Translations under genes and position numbers: made by a program
The notes under the pieces: generated by a model
Database searches by the model: none
Told to the model about the DNA's origin: nothing
Seen by the model: the letters and a program-made list of their open reading frames with translations, nothing else
Assembly (NCBI GenBank): GCA_028286945.1
Contig: JAQBQR010000005.1
Location: forward strand, 1-60,754
DNA length: 60,754 bases
From: Parcubacteria group bacterium
GTDB taxonomy: Bacteria > Patescibacteriota > Minisyncoccia > Phycocordibacterales > Phycocordibacteraceae
Reading direction: 5' to 3'
Shown: positions 55,054 to 60,754 of the stretch, in pieces
Layout of the letters: every line of letters begins with the position of its first letter
Position numbering within the stretch: position 1 is the first letter of the stretch

Positions 55054-57225
55054 CTACTCCATGTAGAGTTTCTGGAGTTTCTCACGAACAATGGGCGCCA
55101 GAGTAGGGTAGCTAGTGAGTTCGGGATCAGTTTCAATAACTTTGGCGGCCTCGGTACGGGCTGCTTCAACGAGTCTCAGGTTCTTAATGGCTTCCATGGC
55201 AATGTCCGAAACACCCCATTGGCGGTTTCCAGCTAGCTCCCCAGCACCACGGAGCGCAAGGTCATACTCAGCCAGCTCGAAGCCATCCTTTGCAGTGGTG
55301 AGTGCTTTCAGGCGGTCTTTTGTAGAAGGGCCGTACGACTCAGGTAGTACAAAGCAATACGCCTGGTTATTTGAACGAATGACGCGGCCACGGAGCTGAT
55401 GAAGCTGTGCGAGTCCGAAGCGTTCAGCACCTTCAATAAGAATCACGGTGGCATTCGGAACATTCACGCCCACTTCCACCACCGAGGTGGCGCAAAGAAT
55501 ATTTGTCGTGCCTTTTTCAAATGCCTGCATGCTTTTCTCTTTTTCAGCCGGTGTCATCTTACTGTGAAGAATGCCAATGGTGGCATCCGGGAATACTTCT
55601 TTCTTCAAGCGTTCTGCTTCTGCTTTAACTGAGCGTGCTTGAACCGCCAATTCCTTATTTGGATCTGGTTCATCAATACGCGGGCAGATGACATACGCCT
55701 GGCGTCCTGCAGCTAACTCCTTTCGCACGCGGTCATACCCTTCGTCACGTTTTTCTGGGCCAAGTACTTCAGTAATGATCGGCTTTCGTCCTGATGGCAT
55801 TTGATCAAGAACTGAGAGATCCAAGTCACCGTATAAGGTGAGGGCTAGGGTGCGGGGAATAGGCGTTGCCGTCATTGAAAGAAGGTGCGGTGAAATAGCG
55901 TGCTTCTTCGTGAGCTTCTGGCGGTGTGCTTTTCCAAAGCGATGCTGCTCGTCGATGATGGCGTATGCCAAGTTCTGGAACTCAAGTGATTTATATACGA
56001 GTGCATGCGTACCGATGACGATGGGTATTTCACCGCTTGCTACCCACTTCGCAAACTGCGCGCGCGATACTTTTGCCGATTCTTCGTACGGGACTTTGCT
56101 GGGGAACTTACGGCATTCGCTACCGGTAATAAGGCCAATAGGGATTGGATGGTCTTTAAAGTATGAAACAAAGGTAGAGAAGTGCTGCTTCGCGAGGATT
56201 TCTGTTGGACACATGTAGGCCACCTGAAGAGTTCCTGATTTCCGTCCGGGTGGTTTGCTGGTGGCCACAAGGTAGGCGGTCGCGGCAGCGACCGCCGTCT
56301 TTCCACTGCCCACGTCACCTTCAAGGAGGCGACGCATTGGATGTGCTTTCTCAAAGTCAGCGACAATAGTCTCGATGGACCGAAGCTGCGCTTCGGTCGC
56401 CGGAAACGGAAACGTTGAAACAAAGTCCTTTAAATCTTTTCGGTCAACATTCACTGGCAATGATTTTTCCTTCACGGCTTCCGCGCGCTCCTTCTGAAGC
56501 GCTAGCTGCAACGTAAATATTTCTTCAAAGGCAAAGCGTTTTCGTGCCGCGTCTGCGTCCGACTGTTTGCGTGGCGCATGCATCCACACAAGTGCGGTGG
56601 AGAGTGACGGCAGGTTATATCGCTCAAGGATGTCTGCAGGAAGAGGGTCTACAATCTCCTCGTGCACGTGTGCCTCAAATACTTTCTTTAGCGCGTGTAA
56701 AAACCAGAGTGAAGAAATACCCCGGCTCTCTGGATAAATAGCATATAAGGTGTCGTCGATGATGGCAGTGGCTTCATTTGTGGTGAAAAGTGACTCGTGC
56801 ACTTCATCAGGACGTACTGGTGACTTATCAATCTCAGGATTCGCCAAGTATATTTTCGTACCCGTTCCCGCAATCTTTCCCGATGCTTTTACCACCATCC
56901 CGTCAGCAACCATCTTCGCCATGTACGGCTGCGAAAACCACATAAGCTTAATGCGGCCGGACGCGTCTTCAAGCCATGCCTCTGCCATTGGTCGCTTACT
57001 CTTCCACGCTTTGCGCGTTTCAGGTTTGCGAATGGTACCGAACAGAGTTACTTCGCTACCGGGAGTGACGCTGGCTACGGTGCCGGTGGGTCCTGACGCC
57101 TCATAACGCGCAGGGAAGTGGTACATGAGGTCACGAATAGTCCGAATACCAAGGCGGGTAAGCGCGGTCTTTTGATCAGCACGCAGACGTGAAAAATGTT
57201 CAATAACGAGATCACCTTCCTTCAT
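55054..57225 (-). CDS. recG: ATP-dependent DNA helicase RecG
   Basis: Wedge-domain region, GDVGSGKT (motif I), IIDEQHRFG (DEQH), LSMTATPIPRT and QLHQLRGRV. I chose the start at MKEGDLVIEHF. Confidence 0.92.
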   Translation of the reverse strand: MKEGDLVIEHFSRLRADQKTALTRLGIRTIRDLMYHFPARYEASGPTGTVASVTPGSEVTLFGTIRKPETRKAWKSKRPMAEAWLEDASGRIKLMWFSQPYMAKMVADGMVVKASGKIAGTGTKIYLANPEIDKSPVRPDEVHESLFTTNEATAIIDDTLYAIYPESRGISSLWFLHALKKVFEAHVHEEIVDPLPADILERYNLPSLSTALVWMHAPRKQSDADAARKRFAFEEIFTLQLALQKERAEAVKEKSLPVNVDRKDLKDFVSTFPFPATEAQLRSIETIVADFEKAHPMRRLLEGDVGSGKTAVAAATAYLVATSKPPGRKSGTLQVAYMCPTEILAKQHFSTFVSYFKDHPIPIGLITGSECRKFPSKVPYEESAKVSRAQFAKWVASGEIPIVIGTHALVYKSLEFQNLAYAIIDEQHRFGKAHRQKLTKKHAISPHLLSMTATPIPRTLALTLYGDLDLSVLDQMPSGRKPIITEVLGPEKRDEGYDRVRKELAAGRQAYVICPRIDEPDPNKELAVQARSVKAEAERLKKEVFPDATIGILHSKMTPAEKEKSMQAFEKGTTNILCATSVVEVGVNVPNATVILIEGAERFGLAQLHQLRGRVIRSNNQAYCFVLPESYGPSTKDRLKALTTAKDGFELAEYDLALRGAGELAGNRQWGVSDIAMEAIKNLRLVEAARTEAAKVIETDPELTSYPTLAPIVREKLQKLYME

Positions 57226-57292
57226 ATACTGAGTATACGCTTTTCGATTTAAGACGCCTCCTCTCGTTCTCAACACCCGCATACACTCGCAT

Positions 57293-58837
57293 ATGTCGTA
57301 TAGTGGAGGTATGAAAAGCTCTTTAATCACTACGCTTGTCCTCCTTTTAGTACTTGGCATTGCCATACCGACCACCTTTGCGCTTACGGGCACACAGCAG
57401 GCAACAGATAGAAAAACCGCAACGCTACCCGAGCTCATGCAGAAGTATTCGTCGGCTAATTCTGGAAAAAAGGTCCGCATCCTTATAATGCCTGGTCACG
57501 AACCGGGCTTTGGAGGCGCCGAGTATCAAAACACCTACGAACGAGAGATTACCGTTGAGATCGCAGATGAACTCGCGAATTACTTGAAGAACAACCCACG
57601 CTTTGAAGTGATCGTTGCTCGTTCTAATACGAGCTGGACTCAAGACCTGGCTAACTACTTCCAGACAAATGGATCTTCAATACAAAGTTTCGTTACCGAC
57701 CATAAGAACGCGTTTGCGAAATTGCTCGGGGAAGGACAAATAACGCAGCGTGCTGAATCAGACCAGGTAGTGCATGCAGCAGCGCTCGATGACGTGGCCA
57801 TGCGCCTATACGGCATAAACAAGTGGGCGAATGAGAACAACATTGATCTGGTACTGCATATTCATTTAAATGATTCGCCTGATCATGGACCAGACACTCC
57901 AAGCCAAGCATCAGGTTTTGCCGTATACATTCCTGATGCGCAGTACGGAAATGCAGCAACGTCTCGGCCATTCGGAGAAGCGGTCGCTGCCCGACTCTCA
58001 ACACTCGTTGCAACCTCAACACTTCCAATCGAAAACAAAGGGGTGGTGGAAGATCAGCAACTCATTGCGCTGGGTGCGTACAACACGCTCTCCGTCCCGA
58101 GCGCACTAGTGGAATATTCATACATCACCGAACCACAGTTAGTACATCCTGAAATTCGCCAATTAGTAGCGAAGGACTATGCGTACGAAACGTATTTAGG
58201 TATTCAAGACTTTTTCAAAGATTCTGTCTTCTCGAAATATCCCTCAGCCTCACTCCCATTTACGTTTGCCACTGATTCGTTAGGTACAGGAAGTTCAAGC
58301 CCCGCTGCATACACGCTCCAAGCAGCACTTCACACCCTTAACTTCTATCCAGCGTTCGCTTCAACCACGCCAGCAAATGTGCGTCTGATGGCCCCTACAC
58401 TTACCACGTGTCCTATTAACGGAATGTTAGGTGCGTGTACCACGAATGCAATTGAAGCGTTCCAGATTGCAAAAGGTATTCCTGTTACAGGTACGCTAAG
58501 TACCACGACGGTTAACGCCTTAAATACGCTCTTCAGTAATGTGCCGGTACCAATACAAACTCTTACAACGGGAGCGTGTCCTTTGTCTACAAAAGCAATT
58601 ACCCTCGGTGCGAAAGATAAGGGAACTAATGACGCCGTTGCGCGGCTTCAGACTGTTCTCTCGTCTGATGCAGTTTTTTATCCTGGCAGACAAGTAACGG
58701 GTACCTTTGGACCTGCAACACTTACTGCCGTTAAGAGCTTCCAGATAGCGCATGGACTCGCTAAGAAGGGAGGTCCGGGATATGGAATCGTCGGACCGAA
58801 GACACGCGCGGCGCTTGAGACTGTTTACTGCTCGTAA
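57293..58837 (+). CDS. N-acetylmuramoyl-L-alanine amidase (Amidase_3) with two PG_binding_1-like C-terminal repeats
   Basis: Signal/TM segment, then ILIMPGHEPGFGGAEY...EREITVEIADEL and HIHLND. C-terminal repeats are AIEAFQIAKGIPVTGTL and AVKSFQIAHGLAKKG...GIVGPKTRAAL. An alternative start is ATG 57311. Confidence 0.8.
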   Translation: MSYSGGMKSSLITTLVLLLVLGIAIPTTFALTGTQQATDRKTATLPELMQKYSSANSGKKVRILIMPGHEPGFGGAEYQNTYEREITVEIADELANYLKNNPRFEVIVARSNTSWTQDLANYFQTNGSSIQSFVTDHKNAFAKLLGEGQITQRAESDQVVHAAALDDVAMRLYGINKWANENNIDLVLHIHLNDSPDHGPDTPSQASGFAVYIPDAQYGNAATSRPFGEAVAARLSTLVATSTLPIENKGVVEDQQLIALGAYNTLSVPSALVEYSYITEPQLVHPEIRQLVAKDYAYETYLGIQDFFKDSVFSKYPSASLPFTFATDSLGTGSSSPAAYTLQAALHTLNFYPAFASTTPANVRLMAPTLTTCPINGMLGACTTNAIEAFQIAKGIPVTGTLSTTTVNALNTLFSNVPVPIQTLTTGACPLSTKAITLGAKDKGTNDAVARLQTVLSSDAVFYPGRQVTGTFGPATLTAVKSFQIAHGLAKKGGPGYGIVGPKTRAALETVYCS

Positions 58838-58878
58838 GTTCGATCCCTGCTCTGTCCGCAAGGTGATATGCTTAGAAA

Positions 58879-59235
58879 ATGCTAGGAAATATTTACATTC
58901 TTGCAGTCTTTATAGTTATTGTCGGGGCCGTCCTGAAAGGGCTCCTTGGCATTAGTATATTTGGAGCGGGTCTTGCAGGAATTATAGCTGGAGTTTTATA
59001 TGCGAAGTTTCAAAAAGGCGTGATTCCCCTTAAGAAGGCTTTAGTTATCGCTGTGCCTTATACGTTGCTCTCACTGACTTCGACTTTACTTTTTGGGGAG
59101 GCGCCAAGCCAATACTCACGCGGAACGAATATCGGGATTAGTGTGCTCTTCTTCATTATTGGGGTCCTAATTATATATGTCGGTCTTTTACTTGGCAGCT
59201 GGCTCTACGTAAAGACCACAGGACAGACGAAGTAG
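58879..59235 (+). CDS. Small polytopic membrane protein (hypothetical)
   Basis: 118 aa with four hydrophobic helices. Confidence 0.5.
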   Translation: MLGNIYILAVFIVIVGAVLKGLLGISIFGAGLAGIIAGVLYAKFQKGVIPLKKALVIAVPYTLLSLTSTLLFGEAPSQYSRGTNIGISVLFFIIGVLIIYVGLLLGSWLYVKTTGQTK

Positions 59236-59289
59236 GCAAAAAAGTTCTAATGTTGACCCGCTCTCCCTGAGAACTGTTAAAATGTGCTC

Positions 59290-59736
59290 ATGCAAGAATC
59301 TAAGAATATTTACGACTATCCTTTGCTTGATTATCGAACTCCTGAGGAAGGTTCTGAAGCACATACTGGGGACCTTAGATATTCTATTGATTGGGACTGC
59401 CCGGAGGGTACAGAAATATATGCTGCGTGTACTGGTACTGTAGTGTTCGTAAAGGATGACTCTAACGAGGGTGGTGAAAAAGACGAAAAGTACTGGTATT
59501 CAGGAAATCGTATTGTTATAGAACATGAGAACGGTGAATATAGCGCCTATGAGCATCTGCGCTACCGAGGCGTAGTCGTAAGGGTTGGTGAAAAGGTCGT
59601 ACAAGGTCAGCTCATCGGATACTCAGGTAATACTGGCTATGGTGATGGCCCACATCTCCACTTTGAAGTATTTATTGATCCATCAGAAGACAGAGCTGAA
59701 GGAAAGACAGTTCCAGTTCGGTTTATTGGCAGCTAA
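59290..59736 (+). CDS. M23-family peptidase domain protein (no signal peptide)
   Basis: VIEHENGEYSAYEHL and GYSGNTGYGDGPHLHFEV (HxH). Confidence 0.8.
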   Translation: MQESKNIYDYPLLDYRTPEEGSEAHTGDLRYSIDWDCPEGTEIYAACTGTVVFVKDDSNEGGEKDEKYWYSGNRIVIEHENGEYSAYEHLRYRGVVVRVGEKVVQGQLIGYSGNTGYGDGPHLHFEVFIDPSEDRAEGKTVPVRFIGS

Positions 59737-59819
59737 TTAAGTTCAACGTTGACACAGTCTGTCAGCAACATTTGATAAAAGTGATATGGTGGGTACAGCT
59801 CTTTGAAAGGAACCAAGCC

Positions 59820-60416
59820 ATGGGCGAAACGCCTGACTATCTGACGCTCGATGAGCTTATCGATCTCATCGATGAACCGAACCGCAGCGCCTGCATTCGC
59901 ATCCTGGACGAACACCGGCCTCTTTTCGAGATGGCGCGAGGCTCAACCCACAACCACCAAACGTGGGACGGCGGATACATCGATCACGTCACCGACGGCA
60001 TGAACTTCGGCCGTCACTTGTACCCGTTCATGATGTCCTTCGGTAGACCTCTGCCGTTTTCGCTCTCCGACGCGCTGTTGGTCTTCTTCTTGCACGACCT
60101 GGAAAAGCCCTGGCGCATTCTCGTGAACGAGGCGGGTGATGCTACCAACCGTGAAGGACTTTCCACCAAGGAAGAATTCAAAGCGTTCCGTGAGGCGAAG
60201 CTCGTCGAGTACGGCATCATGCTCACCTCCGAGCAACTCAACGGTCTGACCTACGTCGAGGGGGAGTACAAAGATTACAGCAGTTTGCATCGCGTCATGA
60301 ATGAGCTCGCCGCGTTCTGCCACATGTTGGACAACTGGTGCGCTCGCGGCTGGCACGACTATCCCAAAGCAGAAGGAGACGAATGGATCGACGCTGGTCG
60401 ATTCCGTACAACTTAG
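59820..60416 (+). CDS. Hypothetical protein, possible HD-domain phosphohydrolase (G+C-rich island)
   Basis: H...HD pattern (GYIDHVTDG ... FFLHDLEKPW). gaaagga lies 8 nt upstream of ATG 59820. A strong terminator follows. Confidence 0.4.
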   Translation: MGETPDYLTLDELIDLIDEPNRSACIRILDEHRPLFEMARGSTHNHQTWDGGYIDHVTDGMNFGRHLYPFMMSFGRPLPFSLSDALLVFFLHDLEKPWRILVNEAGDATNREGLSTKEEFKAFREAKLVEYGIMLTSEQLNGLTYVEGEYKDYSSLHRVMNELAAFCHMLDNWCARGWHDYPKAEGDEWIDAGRFRTT

Positions 60417-60421
60417 AAGAC

Positions 60422-60456
60422 GCCGCCCGGCTCAAACCGGGCGGCACTTTCTTTTT
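60422..60456 (+). terminator. Intrinsic terminator
   Basis: Hairpin gccgcccgg-ctcaaa-ccgggcggc followed by a T-rich tract. Confidence 0.7.
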
Positions 60457-60510
60457 ATAAATAGGTTCCAACATCTCCCTACGTTGTCAGCAATGCTGTA
60501 AACTTTGTAC

Positions 60511-60754
60511 ATGCCATACATAAAGCCTGCACAGCGTCCCCAAATAGATGAATTGATCAATCCGCTCATTGAGTACCTGAAATCTCTCCCAGTTGAGGAG
60601 CAAGATGGTTCTCTTAACTACGCTGTTACGAGAATCTTAAAGGGTCTTTATCCGATGAAGTATTTTCATCTTAATAGAGCGCTCGGTGTTCTTGCCGCAA
60701 TAACCCAAGAGTTTTATAGAGTAGTAATCGGGCCCTATGAAGATACAAAGATTA
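60511..60754 (+). CDS. Hypothetical protein, 5' partial (runs off the window)
   Basis: Open frame from ATG 60511 (MPYIKPAQRPQIDELINPLIEYLK...EFYRVVIGPYEDTKI) with no stop before the window end. Not in the ORF track. Confidence 0.45.
   Translation, partial: MPYIKPAQRPQIDELINPLIEYLKSLPVEEQDGSLNYAVTRILKGLYPMKYFHLNRALGVLAAITQEFYRVVIGPYEDTKI

Noticed and set aside
1-60754. Alternative genetic code (UGA recoding, as in some CPR lineages), CRISPR arrays, rRNA genes, transposases or integrases, retron/DGR reverse transcriptases.
   Set aside because: All conserved genes are intact with UGA as a stop under the standard code. I found no repeat-spacer periodicity, no rRNA-like stretches, and no recombinase or RT motifs by eye.

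Overview
This window looks like a fragment of a small-genome, Patescibacteria/CPR-like bacterium. That placement is an inference from gene content; no search was run.

Left half: tuf followed by the S10-spc ribosomal-protein superoperon (rpsJ ... rplO, secY, then adk, map), with no rpmD (L30). Accessory insertions cut the operon into separate blocks. The insertions carry their own intrinsic terminators, and sigma70-like promoters precede the resuming rpsS and rpsN blocks.

Right half: housekeeping genes, namely ndk, a tandem ABC exporter pair, infC-rpmI-rplT, mscL, PadR-PspC, a Nei-like glycosylase, smpB-ssrA, ftsH, recG and cell-wall hydrolases. Interspersed among them are visibly G+C-richer genes that carry strong GGAGG Shine-Dalgarno sites. 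The native genes mostly lack these sites.

Most interesting observations:
1. A radical-SAM gene (43715-44689) is followed by three tandem, untracked ~29-codon ORFs encoding paralogous, highly cationic Phe/Arg-rich peptides (44691-45011). This is a RiPP-like cassette I cannot assign to a known class.
2. Two unrelated ORFs (19673-20062 and 20265-20783, minus strand) are each framed by the same 5' leader module and the same two-hairpin 3' module.
3. A tRNA-Ile with anticodon UAU sits directly upstream of a gene resembling aGPT-pyrophosphorylase (thymidine hypermodification) proteins.
4. Two structured non-coding RNA candidates end in terminator-like hairpins; one also has a recognisable upstream promoter.
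5. A tmRNA appears to encode an unusually long tag.

I recognised no rRNA, CRISPR array, transposase or integrase. All family calls come from motif recognition by eye.
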